Shown: piece by piece, positions 51,415 to 60,119 of the stretch
Numbering within the stretch: position 1 is the first letter of the stretch
How the letters are laid out: each line of letters begins with the position of its first letter
NCBI GenBank assembly: GCA_963813535.1
Contig: CAWEZH010000002.1
Coordinates: 192,001 to 256,000, forward strand
From: an uncultured Chloroflexia bacterium
Lineage (GTDB): Bacteria > Chloroflexota > Limnocylindria > Limnocylindrales > CSP1-4
Length of the DNA stretch: 64,000 nucleotides
Reading direction: 5' to 3'
Notes under the pieces: model-generated
What the model was told of the DNA's origin: nothing
Seen by the model: the letters and a program-made list of their open reading frames with translations, nothing else
The model's database searches: none
Translations under genes and position numbers: made by a program

Positions 51415-52038
51415 ATGACCGACGAGCACCAGCACGAGCACGACCACGACGGCGGCGATGAGCACCATCACCACGAGCATCGCCCGATGTCGTATGAGGA
51501 GGCGGTCGAGGAGTTCCGCTCCGACAAGGACGAGTTCTTCCGTTCGAACCCGAACAGCCCGATCCCGGAAGGGGAGCGCGCCGGCTTCACCGGCTTGCCC
51601 TATTACCCCGTCAGCACCGCACTCCGGTTCGACGACCTGCCGCTCGAGCCGTACACCGGCGGTGAGCCGTCGGACTTCCAGATCCCGACCTCGGACGGTC
51701 GACTCCGTCCGGCGCATCGGGCCGGCGTGCTGCGGTTCGATGCCGACGGTGAGTCGCGTCAGTTGACGGCATACACGTTCGACGGCGGGGACGGTCAGTC
51801 ACTGTTCGTGCCGTTCCTGGATCAGACGAGCGGCCGCGAGACCTACGGCGCCGGGCGCTATCTCGACCTGGAGCCCGAGGACGACGGCACGTACTCGCTC
51901 GACTTCAACCTCGCCTACCACCCGTCGTGCGTGTACGACCCGAAATTCTCGTGTCCGCTGACGCCCGCCGAGAACCGCCTGCCGATCCGTGTCGAGGCCG
52001 GTGAACGATTGCCGCCGGAGCCTGCTGCGGCCGGATAG
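51415..52038 (+). CDS. DUF1684 family protein with His-rich N-terminus
   Basis: LFVPFLDQTSGRETYGAGRYL, LDFNLAYHPSCVY..CPL. Confidence 0.9.
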   Translation: MTDEHQHEHDHDGGDEHHHHEHRPMSYEEAVEEFRSDKDEFFRSNPNSPIPEGERAGFTGLPYYPVSTALRFDDLPLEPYTGGEPSDFQIPTSDGRLRPAHRAGVLRFDADGESRQLTAYTFDGGDGQSLFVPFLDQTSGRETYGAGRYLDLEPEDDGTYSLDFNLAYHPSCVYDPKFSCPLTPAENRLPIRVEAGERLPPEPAAAG

Positions 52039-52062
52039 CGCTGCGCGTTCCGCTCTGCGGGA

Positions 52063-53469
52063 TCAGGGGCGGCGGCCGCCTCCGCGTGGTGCGGTACTCG
52101 TCGGGACCTGCGTGGATCGCCGGCGGCCCGTACCCGACGTCGGACGGGGGTTACGCAGGAAAGTCGGGAGGTCGAGGCCGTCCTCGCTCGGGTCGAGCGC
52201 GGGCAGCTGAGGCTCGGCGTGCTGGACAGATGCGGCGCGGGCTGGCTCAGGACTGGGAGCAGGCTCCGGCTGCGTGGCCGACGCCTCGCGGCCGTTGGAA
52301 GCGTGGGCCTCTACCTCGTCTCGAGGCGCTGCGTCGTGGCGGGGAGGTGCGTCGTGGCGGGGAGGGACCAGGTGGCGGGCACTCGGCTCCGGCCGCGGAT
52401 CGTGTCGGCTCGTCGGTTCGGGTCGCCGTCGACCGTCGAGCCCGGTCGCGATCAACGTGATGTGGACCTCGCCGTCGGACACCTCGCCGACGCTCGCGCC
52501 GAAGATGACGTTCGCCCGGGGATCGACCGAGGCGCGGATCTCGTCCGCCGCCTGTCGGACCTCGCGCAGGCTCAGATCGGCCGGGCCGGCGATATGGAAC
52601 AGGACGCCGTGGGCACCGTGGATGCTCGACTCGAGCAGCGGGCTCGATGCCGCCTGACGCGCAGCCTCGACCGCGCGTTGTTCGCCGCGGCCCTGACCGA
52701 GCCCGATCAATGCCGGCCCCGCGTTCTGCACGACCGAGCGAACATCGGCGAAGTCGAGGTTGATGAGACCTGGCGACGTCAGCAGCTCGACGATGCCCTC
52801 GACCGCCTTGAGGAGCACCTCGTCGACGACGCGGAACGCCTCGAGCGCCGACGCCTCGGGGTCGATGACCTCAGCGACGTGGTCGTTCGGGACGGTGATC
52901 ATCGCGTCGACCTCGGTGATCAGACGCTGGGCCGCTTCCTCGGCGATCTCACGACGTGGCGTCCCTTCGAAATCGAAGGGCTTGGTCACGACGGCGACCG
53001 TCAAGGCACCCTGCTCGCGGGCCTTGGCTGCGACGATCGGCGCGGCACCCGACCCGGTCCCGCCGCCGAGACCGGCGGTGACGAACACGAGGTCGGCACC
53101 CGCGACCGCCTTCGCGATGCGATCGGCATTCTCTTCGGCAGAGCGTCGGCCGGTCTCCGGGTCGCCGCCGGCGCCAAGCCCGCGCGTCACGGCATCGCCG
53201 ATGCGGAGACGAACCTCGGCGCGGGACTCACGGAGGGCCTGGGCGTCGGTGTTGACGGCGACGAAGCCGACACCCGGGAGCCCGACATCGACCATGCGGT
53301 CGACCGCGTTGCCGCCGCCACCGCCGACGCCGACCACGAGGATCGCCCGCGTCTCGGGCCTTCGCCCGCGGCGAAGCCAGCCAGGGAGGGAAGCGAGGAT
53401 CCGCACCGTCAGGAGTCCCAGCAGGACGACGACGATGAGTTGGATGAAAGTCTGGGCCGTCGGGTCCAC
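52063..53469 (-). CDS. ftsZ: FtsZ paralogue with N-terminal transmembrane helix
   Basis: VVGVGGGGGNAV, NTDAQAL, GLGGGTGSG, INLDFADV (T7 loop), LIATG, C-terminal LDLPTFLR. Confidence 0.92.
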   Translation of the reverse strand: MDPTAQTFIQLIVVVLLGLLTVRILASLPGWLRRGRRPETRAILVVGVGGGGGNAVDRMVDVGLPGVGFVAVNTDAQALRESRAEVRLRIGDAVTRGLGAGGDPETGRRSAEENADRIAKAVAGADLVFVTAGLGGGTGSGAAPIVAAKAREQGALTVAVVTKPFDFEGTPRREIAEEAAQRLITEVDAMITVPNDHVAEVIDPEASALEAFRVVDEVLLKAVEGIVELLTSPGLINLDFADVRSVVQNAGPALIGLGQGRGEQRAVEAARQAASSPLLESSIHGAHGVLFHIAGPADLSLREVRQAADEIRASVDPRANVIFGASVGEVSDGEVHITLIATGLDGRRRPEPTSRHDPRPEPSARHLVPPRHDAPPRHDAAPRDEVEAHASNGREASATQPEPAPSPEPARAASVQHAEPQLPALDPSEDGLDLPTFLRNPRPTSGTGRRRSTQVPTSTAPRGGGRRP

Positions 53470-53593
53470 CTGACGAGTGTAGTCCGGGGTGGTGCGCGCG
53501 CGGCACGGCTAATCGTCCTCGGGTACGTGGTCCCTTCGGCGGTGACGGCGTCTGACGGGTGGCGGCAAGCGATGGGTAGGGCACTATCCATGG

Positions 53594-54307
53594 ATGCAGC
53601 TCGCCTCATCGCTCCATCGACTCGGCGGCTCCACCGTCGTCAACAGCTACCTCGTCGCCGACGCGACCGGCGTGACGGTCATCGACGCCGGGCTACCCGG
53701 CTACTGGAACGGACTGCCGAACGAACTTGCCGCGATGGGTCGGTCGATCGAGGACGTGCGCGGTGTCGTGCTGACGCATGGCGACACCGACCATGTCGGT
53801 TTCGCGGAGCGGCTCCGCCGTGAGCGAGGCGTGCCGGTGTATGTCCACCAGGCCGACGCTCCCCGTGCGCGCTTCGAGGTGAAGAAGCCGTCGTCGGGCT
53901 GGGGGCCGATGAAGGTCGGTCCGATCCTCGGATTCCTCTGGTACAGCGCCCGGAACGGGGCACTCCGGATCCCGCCACTCAGCGAGGTGGTGCCGTTCGA
54001 CGATGGCGCCACGCTCGATCTGCCGGGCTCGCCGCGCGTGATCCACATCCCGGGTCACACCCCGGGGAGCGCCGCGATCCACGTGCCGGGCGTCGATGCG
54101 CTGTTCGTCGGTGATGCGCTGACGACACGGAGCGTGCTGACCGGTGAGACCGGACCGCGCATCGCGCCGTTCACGCTCGACCCGGAAGCTGCCCGAGCAT
54201 CGTGGCAGCGGCTCGACGGTATCGAGGCGCGCTGGCTGCTCGTCGGTCACGGCGATCCGTGGGACGGCGGCGTCGGCGAGGCGCTCCGGCTGGCGCGGTC
54301 GCGCTGA
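53594..54307 (+). CDS. MBL-fold metallo-hydrolase
   Basis: IDAG, THGDTDHVG, PGHTPG, VGDA, GHG. Confidence 0.9.
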   Translation: MQLASSLHRLGGSTVVNSYLVADATGVTVIDAGLPGYWNGLPNELAAMGRSIEDVRGVVLTHGDTDHVGFAERLRRERGVPVYVHQADAPRARFEVKKPSSGWGPMKVGPILGFLWYSARNGALRIPPLSEVVPFDDGATLDLPGSPRVIHIPGHTPGSAAIHVPGVDALFVGDALTTRSVLTGETGPRIAPFTLDPEAARASWQRLDGIEARWLLVGHGDPWDGGVGEALRLARSR

Positions 54308-54358
54308 CGGATCCGGTCGACGCCGGTCGACGGCTCCTTCTCGCGAGCCGGTTCTCGC

Positions 54359-55084
54359 CTAGCCGGCCTGGTCGGTCCTCGCGGTTTCGTCGGCCTCGTC
54401 GTCGGTCGCCTCGAGCGCGTCGGCGATCTCGTCGAGAGTCGTGACCACGACCGCGGCGCCCGAGCCCTCCAGGGCTTCCGCCGACACGGCCGACCCCGCC
54501 GTGACGCCGATCGGGATCATCGCTGCGGCCACGGCTGCTGCCATGTCCCACGTCGCGTCGCCGACATACCAGGCCATCGGCGGATCGACGCCCAACTCCT
54601 CCGCGGCGCGGAGCAGCAGGTCGGGCTCGGGCTTGGCGTGCTCGACGTGGCTGGCGTCGACGATGGTCGGTTCCTTGTCGAGGTCCAGGGCCGCGACGGA
54701 CGTCCGGACCTGCTCCTTCCGACTCGACGTGGCGATGGCCGCTTTCATCCCGCGCGCCTCGATCGTGTCGAACAGACGCCGCACGCCCGGCAGCGGGCGA
54801 GGGGACCGGTTGAGTTGCTCGTAGAGCTCGCCGCACCGCTTGTCGATGTCTTCGGCGCGGTCGTCGTCGATCGGCTGGCCGGCAAGGGCGGCGACCTCGC
54901 GGGCGAGTCTCTTGCCATCGACACCGATCAGCGGTCCGAGCTCGTCCTTGCTCGCGGGGATGCCCGCTTCCTCGAAGATTGCCAACCAGGCATCGATGCG
55001 CGTCTGGACGGTATCGACGAGGGTGCCGTCGAGGTCGAAGATCACGGCCTCGGGTGCGGGCAGCTCTCGGTCGTGGGCGGTCAT
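54359..55084 (-). CDS. HAD family phosphatase
   Basis: FDLDGTLVD, ATSS, KPEPD, VGDATWD. Confidence 0.92.
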   Translation of the reverse strand: MTAHDRELPAPEAVIFDLDGTLVDTVQTRIDAWLAIFEEAGIPASKDELGPLIGVDGKRLAREVAALAGQPIDDDRAEDIDKRCGELYEQLNRSPRPLPGVRRLFDTIEARGMKAAIATSSRKEQVRTSVAALDLDKEPTIVDASHVEHAKPEPDLLLRAAEELGVDPPMAWYVGDATWDMAAAVAAAMIPIGVTAGSAVSAEALEGSGAAVVVTTLDEIADALEATDDEADETARTDQAG

Positions 55085-55103
55085 GCTCGGGACGGTAGCA
55101 GCG

Positions 55104-55126
55104 GGAACATCACGTCGAGACGTGAT
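55104..55126. repeat. GGAACATCACGT palindromic unit downstream of the HTH-nuclease gene
   Basis: 55104-55115 is the exact reverse complement of 40911-40922; overlaps hairpin atcacgtc-ga-gacgtgat. Confidence 0.6.
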
Positions 55127-55153
55127 CGACCCGACACAGAACGGGCTCCCGCC

Positions 55154-55804
55154 TTACATCAGGAGCAGGCAGTCTCCGCCGGGGTCCTCACCACGCCCGA
55201 GCGCCGCGAGGCACGCGCGAGCTCCGATGGGGAACTGCTCGCGGAGCTGCGGGACGTCGCGCAACACGTTCCGGTTGTGGCGTGTGTCGGCGACGAGCAG
55301 GATCGCGCGGGTCGCCCCCAAGTCGCGTTGCTTGGCGCGCAGCCGACGCTCGGTGGCCTGGACGTCGTGGAGTCGTGTCTCGGCTTCGACGATGGCGCTG
55401 AATGCCCGTCCGCGCGCCATCCCGTCGGCGCTCCGGAGGTCGCCTTGGATGGGTATCGGGACCTCTGTGCGCCAACGAACGGAACCATCGAGCCTCGCGG
55501 CAAAGCGACTCAGCAGGGCGATGTGCGCCTTATCTCTGATCGGTAGCCCGATCGGGTGAACACCCAGGCTGAGCTCGGCACCGAGCGCGGATGCGAGACG
55601 CGCGAGAAGCTCGATGTCGACGTGGTTGGCGATCCCGGCCTCGATCCTTCGGACCTGCGTGTGGGAGATGCCGACCATCGCCCCGAGGTGGCGGGTGCTG
55701 ATGTCCGCTGTCAATCGGTGGGTTCGGAGCTCCTGGCCGGCACGTCGAAGCAGGTACTCGGCGCGTCGTTTTCCTCGGTGAGCTGCGGATTGCCAGGTTG
55801 GCAT
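55154..55804 (-). CDS. XRE-family HTH fused to a putative PD-(D/E)XK (DUF559/Vsr-like) nuclease domain
   Basis: LRTHRLTADISTRHLGAMVGISHTQVRRIEAG (HTH); WRTEV...RSADG...IVEAETRLHDVQ...K acidic pattern; -10 CAGACT 6 nt before the ATG. Confidence 0.7.
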   Translation of the reverse strand: MPTWQSAAHRGKRRAEYLLRRAGQELRTHRLTADISTRHLGAMVGISHTQVRRIEAGIANHVDIELLARLASALGAELSLGVHPIGLPIRDKAHIALLSRFAARLDGSVRWRTEVPIPIQGDLRSADGMARGRAFSAIVEAETRLHDVQATERRLRAKQRDLGATRAILLVADTRHNRNVLRDVPQLREQFPIGARACLAALGRGEDPGGDCLLLM

Positions 55805-55844
55805 GGCAAGAGTCTGATTTGGGGCGATCACCTGCGGCTCACCG

Positions 55845-56017
55845 GCATCTGGAACATCCCGATGTTCCGATCGACCGGCGAAGCTCGCATCACCGCCCGT
55901 TCCGAGGCCCACGAGGGCAGTTCGCCGGTCGTCTGGAACCCCGATTGCGTTCCAAACGCACCTGAGAGTGTCCGATCGGCCCGCTCGCCGGTCAGTTGGA
56001 ACACCGGGAGGTTCCAA
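55845..56017. repeat. Three TGGAAC-N8/9-GTTCC palindromes upstream of the HTH-nuclease gene
   Basis: ggaacatc-cc-gatgttcc (55851), tggaac-N9-gttcca (55934), ttggaac-N8-gttccaa (55996); cgccggtc/gaccggcg flanks. Confidence 0.8.
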
Positions 56018-56195
56018 TCGCAGCCAGGACGGCGCGCGGGCGGGTTCGCGGCCCGGACCGCGGCCGACCGGCGGCACGCCACTCACCGTCGATCCGCTAG
56101 ACCCCCGAGCGTAGAATCGGCGCACTCCCGACCCGCCCTCGAGATGCACGCACTTTCGTCCCTCGGACGGGCCGGCGTGTGGAGGTACGCGGACG

Positions 56196-56597
56196 ATGCA
56201 GCACGCATTCCTGATCGACCTCGAGGACAAGCCAGGTGCGCTCGCCGACGTGGCCGAGGCCATCGCCGCGAAGGGCGTCAACATCACGAGCGTGAGTGGG
56301 GCCAGCTGTGGCGATCGGGGCCGCATCGCGATCGCGACCGACGACAACGCCCAGACCCGCGCCGCGCTCGCCGATCTGCCCTGCACCTTCGAGCAGAAGG
56401 AGATCACCATCGCCGCGCTGCCCCACGCACCGGGCACGCTCGCCAAGGCCGCCCGCCAGCTCGCCAACGCGGGACTCGATATCGAGTCGGTGATGCTGAT
56501 GGGTATGCAGGGCAATGACATCGAGGTCGGGTTCGTCACGAGCGACCCGGTCATGGCGCGCAGCGCGCTGGACCGGGTGGTGTCGGCGAGCGGCTAG
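56196..56597 (+). CDS. Tandem ACT domain protein
   Basis: LEDKPGALADVAEAIAAKGVNI; HAPGTLAKAARQLANAGLDI. Confidence 0.85.
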   Translation: MQHAFLIDLEDKPGALADVAEAIAAKGVNITSVSGASCGDRGRIAIATDDNAQTRAALADLPCTFEQKEITIAALPHAPGTLAKAARQLANAGLDIESVMLMGMQGNDIEVGFVTSDPVMARSALDRVVSASG

Positions 56598-57580
56598 TCG
56601 GGCGGCTGCCCGGCGCTGACCACCCGGACCCCGATGTGGTGGTCCTGGTAGGTCGGTGGGTCCTCGAAGTGCCGGTACGCCGCCCTCGCCACGTACGGCG
56701 CCGCCCCCCACCAGCCGCCCTTCTCGACCTTCTTCGTTCCGAGGTCCGGCCCGGTCGGGTCGTCCCGCACCTCCTGCTTGTAGTACGAGCTTGAATACCA
56801 GTCGGCGACCCATTCCATGGCGTTGCCGGCCATATCGACCGCCCCGACCCAGCTAGCACCCTCGGGATACGACCCGACCGGCTCCAGCGAGGTGCTGTCG
56901 ACCACGTTCGCCTTCGCCGGATCCCAGGCGTCTCCCCAGGGGAAGACGACCGACGATGGTCCGCGCGCCGCGAACTCCCACTGGGCTTCGGTCGGGAGCG
57001 CGCCGCCACGCCACGCCGCGTACGCCTCCGCCTCGAACCAGGTGATGCAGACACGCGGGTGTGTCGGCTCGCCGTCGACGCACGCGACCGGCAGCGCGGA
57101 CGCGTCGAGACCCTGCAGCCAGGTCCAGCCCGCCTCGGACCACAGCGACTCCGTGGTGTAGCCGCCCGCATCGACGAATTGCTGGAACGCCTCGTTGGTG
57201 ACCTCGGTCGCGTCGATCCAGTAGCCGTCCGATAGGGCGACCTCGTGCTGTGGTCGCTCGGAGGCCAGCTCGAACCGTGCCCACTCGGGTGGTGCCAGCT
57301 CCCCGGTCGGGTCGGTCTCGTCCGTGCCCATCAGGAATGAACCGGCCGGCACCCACACCTGGGCGACACCGTGCTCGTCCGTCCGTTCCTGGCCGGCGTT
57401 CGCGTCGAGGGTCGCGGCCGCGGTCGCGGATGGGCTCGATGGCGACGCACTCGGACTGTCGGACGGAGCCGCAGACGCGGCGGAGGCAGCGGCCGATCCG
57501 GTGGGCACGCCGCCGGACGGCGCCGCCGCGCAGCCCACGAGGATCAGCGGCAGGACCAGCGCAACGACGCGGACGCGCAT
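56594..57580 (-). CDS. FGE-sulfatase (SUMF1/PvdO) domain lipoprotein
   Basis: Lipobox LILVGC; PAGSFLMG, TEVTN, LPTEAQWEFAARG, DMAGNAMEWVADWY, IGVR. Confidence 0.9.
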   Translation of the reverse strand: MRVRVVALVLPLILVGCAAAPSGGVPTGSAAASAASAAPSDSPSASPSSPSATAAATLDANAGQERTDEHGVAQVWVPAGSFLMGTDETDPTGELAPPEWARFELASERPQHEVALSDGYWIDATEVTNEAFQQFVDAGGYTTESLWSEAGWTWLQGLDASALPVACVDGEPTHPRVCITWFEAEAYAAWRGGALPTEAQWEFAARGPSSVVFPWGDAWDPAKANVVDSTSLEPVGSYPEGASWVGAVDMAGNAMEWVADWYSSSYYKQEVRDDPTGPDLGTKKVEKGGWWGAAPYVARAAYRHFEDPPTYQDHHIGVRVVSAGQPPD

Positions 57581-57718
57581 CGATCTCCTCCCTCGGACGA
57601 TGTGTCATCGCCCCGACGACGCCGGCCCGCTGCCGGTTCCGCGCACAAGATGGTGCATCGGGTCACCAAAGATGTCAGCGGACTGCACAAGACCCGCCCG
57701 GACCGGCGCAGGATAGTG

Positions 57719-57808
57719 GTCCCCCGCAAGGTCCTCCATCGCAGGAGGCCGGATCCCCCATACGGCCTCCATGGCGGCCCGCGGGGCTTCGGCCCCGCGG
57801 ACGCCGCC
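57719..57808 (+). ncRNA. Candidate structured small RNA (or terminator region)
   Basis: Hairpin ggaggccg-N11-cggcctcc; hairpin ccgcggggc-TTCG-gccccgcgg extended by ggcggc/gccgcc; three CC(T/C)CCAT motifs. Confidence 0.3.
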
Positions 57809-57894
57809 GGTGCGCGGCTCCCAAAGGCCGTCGCCGGCTCGTCGGCCCGGTGGGTGCTGGCACGTCGCGACCCCCTTTGCGCCGTGCCGGCGCC

Positions 57895-58205
57895 TCAGGC
57901 CGATTCGATATCGGGTTCCGACGCCTCGAGCGGCTCGCGCATCGCCGAGTAGGCCAGGATCGCAAGCGAGAGCAGGAGCGCGATGCCCATGACGGGCGCG
58001 CCGATCCGCCTGATCTCGGACGACCCGAGGATCAGCCCGATCACGAACACGATCAGCCCGAGGTTCACGCCCCAGAAGATCAGCTGACCGATCCATGACC
58101 GCCGGACCTCGGCCCGGAGCACGAGCACCGTCAGGAACCCAAGTGCGATGTTCGTGGTGATCCCGATGTACGTCGCGTGATCGCTGGCGACGAGGACGTT
58201 GACCG
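57895..58205 (-). pseudogene. 5'-truncated membrane protein fragment
   Basis: DHATYIGITTN..IFWGVNLGLIVFVIGL..IGAPVMGIALL; no start codon after the MFS stop. Confidence 0.5.
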
Positions 58206-58214
58206 GACCCGCCG

Positions 58215-59465
58215 CTACGACGGGCGGCGTACCGACCAGGTCGCGACAGCCAGCAGGATCAGCCCGGCGACGGCGATCGCCACGCCAGTGGAGAGGCGGT
58301 CTGCCAGGGGACCCGCCACCAACGACGGTATGAGTGACCCCGCGGACACGATCGATGCCAGCACGCCGAAGACGCGGCCGCGGACATCGGCGGGCGTCGA
58401 CTCGGTGAGATCCGTCTGGGCCGTGACCGCGGTGATCGCGTAGGCCGCCCCGGCCACGATCGCCGTCGCGATCACGATCGGGATCGAGCCGACGCCGACG
58501 CCCATCGCGTGGAGCATCCCGTCCAGCCAGCCCGCGCCGGCGAGTGCCGCGGTCACCGCCCCGAGAACGAGCAGTCCACCCTCCGCGACCCGCCGCCGCG
58601 GCCACCGCCCGCCGAACCGCCGCAACCCGAAGATGCCGACGACGACCCCGATACCCAGCGGGATCACGACGACCCCGAGGTCCTCCGGGTCGAGGCCGAC
58701 GGTAACGGCGAGCGATGGTCCGAGGACGCCGAGCACGCTCGCGACCGATGTCGCCGTCGCCAGCAGCACGATCGGGCGGCTGATCGACGGTTCGTGTCGG
58801 ACCACGGCGAATCCGTCACGGAGCTCGGCGATCGGCTCGCGGAAGGATCGACGTCGCTCGCCGGTCTTGGGCGCGATCGGTGGCGCGCTCGGCAACCCGA
58901 TACAGGCGATGCTCGCGGCGACGTAGAAGGCCGTGACGACCCCGAGCACGAATGACGGGCCCGCCAGTGACACCATCAACGGGCCCAGGAACGCGAAGCC
59001 GACGGCGAACGAGCCCTGGAGGGTCAGGTTGAAGATGCTCATCGCGGTCTCGAGCTGCGGCTTGGGCACGACCCGCGGGATCATCGAGCCCTCCGCCGGC
59101 GTCAACGCCACGCTCATCAGGCTCACCCCGAGGTTGAGGACCAGCACCATCGGGATGTTCGCGCCGGCCAGCGCGAGGCCGGCGGTCAGTGCGGTCCGGA
59201 TCACGTTCGGGACGACGAGCGCCCAGCGCAGGTCGAGCCGATCGACGATGACGCCGGCGAACGGCGAGAGCACGATCTGGGGCAGGACGAACGACACGAG
59301 TAACGCGCTGACCGCGCTGTTCGAACGGGTCGTCGAGAAGACGAGGACCGTGAGCGCATAGAGCGCCATGTTGCCGCCGACCTGGTTGGCGGCCTGGATG
59401 AACCAGAGCCGCGCGAACACCGGGTCACGCAGGATGCTCCGGGCGCCGGCAGCGTCGATCGTCAC
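58215..59465 (-). CDS. MFS transporter (DHA3/MFS_3-like)
   Basis: FARLWFIQ, PFAGVIVDRLD, TPADVRGRVFG, GPLADR. Confidence 0.9.
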   Translation of the reverse strand: MTIDAAGARSILRDPVFARLWFIQAANQVGGNMALYALTVLVFSTTRSNSAVSALLVSFVLPQIVLSPFAGVIVDRLDLRWALVVPNVIRTALTAGLALAGANIPMVLVLNLGVSLMSVALTPAEGSMIPRVVPKPQLETAMSIFNLTLQGSFAVGFAFLGPLMVSLAGPSFVLGVVTAFYVAASIACIGLPSAPPIAPKTGERRRSFREPIAELRDGFAVVRHEPSISRPIVLLATATSVASVLGVLGPSLAVTVGLDPEDLGVVVIPLGIGVVVGIFGLRRFGGRWPRRRVAEGGLLVLGAVTAALAGAGWLDGMLHAMGVGVGSIPIVIATAIVAGAAYAITAVTAQTDLTESTPADVRGRVFGVLASIVSAGSLIPSLVAGPLADRLSTGVAIAVAGLILLAVATWSVRRPS

Positions 59466-59585
59466 GGAGCGGCAGTCTAGGCGACGCTGCCCCGCCGGAT
59501 CTGGCTGCCGATGACGGGAAGAGTCCCAGCCGGATCGACCGGGAGAGTTCTCGGGCGCCGATCCCCCAGATCGACGCCCGAGCCC

Positions 59586-60071
59586 TCAGGGACGATCGAT
59601 CGGTTCGAGGCGGAAGAACGTTCCTGTCGCGACCACGTGGTCATGGGCGCGGTCGTACATGGTTCGGAACGGCTGGCGCTGCACCGCGAGGTGCGCATCG
59701 ATGACCCTCGTCCGCTCGGGGCCGGCGCCGAGTTCCGTGGCCCGCACGACGGTCGTGGATCCATCATGTCGGACGACAGTGCCCGAACCCGCACAGAGGA
59801 GATTGCGGACCCACTGGGCACGGTGTCCGTTGGGATGACCGATGTAGCTCGCGTCGTCAGTGTCGAGGACGACGGCGAAGAACGAACGCTCGAGCCCGGT
59901 CCGCCGGCCGATCACCCGGACCTCCTGGACGGGCCCCAAGACGCCGCGGCGATGGAGGATCCGCGCGACGGCGGTCGGCGTCGTCGCGAAAAGGAGCGAG
60001 AACATCCGCCGGGTCGCGATCGAGCCCTGGGCATCTGCGCTGCTGCCGATCGGCCTGGTCGTCATATCCAT
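59586..60071 (-). CDS. Deazaflavin (F420)-dependent nitroreductase-like split-barrel protein
   Basis: IGRRTGLER, QWVRNL, FFRLEP. Confidence 0.7.
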   Translation of the reverse strand: MDMTTRPIGSSADAQGSIATRRMFSLLFATTPTAVARILHRRGVLGPVQEVRVIGRRTGLERSFFAVVLDTDDASYIGHPNGHRAQWVRNLLCAGSGTVVRHDGSTTVVRATELGAGPERTRVIDAHLAVQRQPFRTMYDRAHDHVVATGTFFRLEPIDRP

Positions 60072-60119
60072 AAGGGCGTCCGGGCGACCGCATTCGTTCC
60101 TTCTGCGCGGATGGTCTCA

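Noticed and set aside
55845-56017. Palindromic repeats as a CRISPR array
   Set aside because: Only three units, poorly identical, uneven spacing (84 and 63 bp), and no cas genes
55805-56554. 250-aa N-terminal extension of the HTH-nuclease ORF
   Set aside because: It is antisense to the ACT gene and crosses the repeat region; a leaderless start at 55804 fits better
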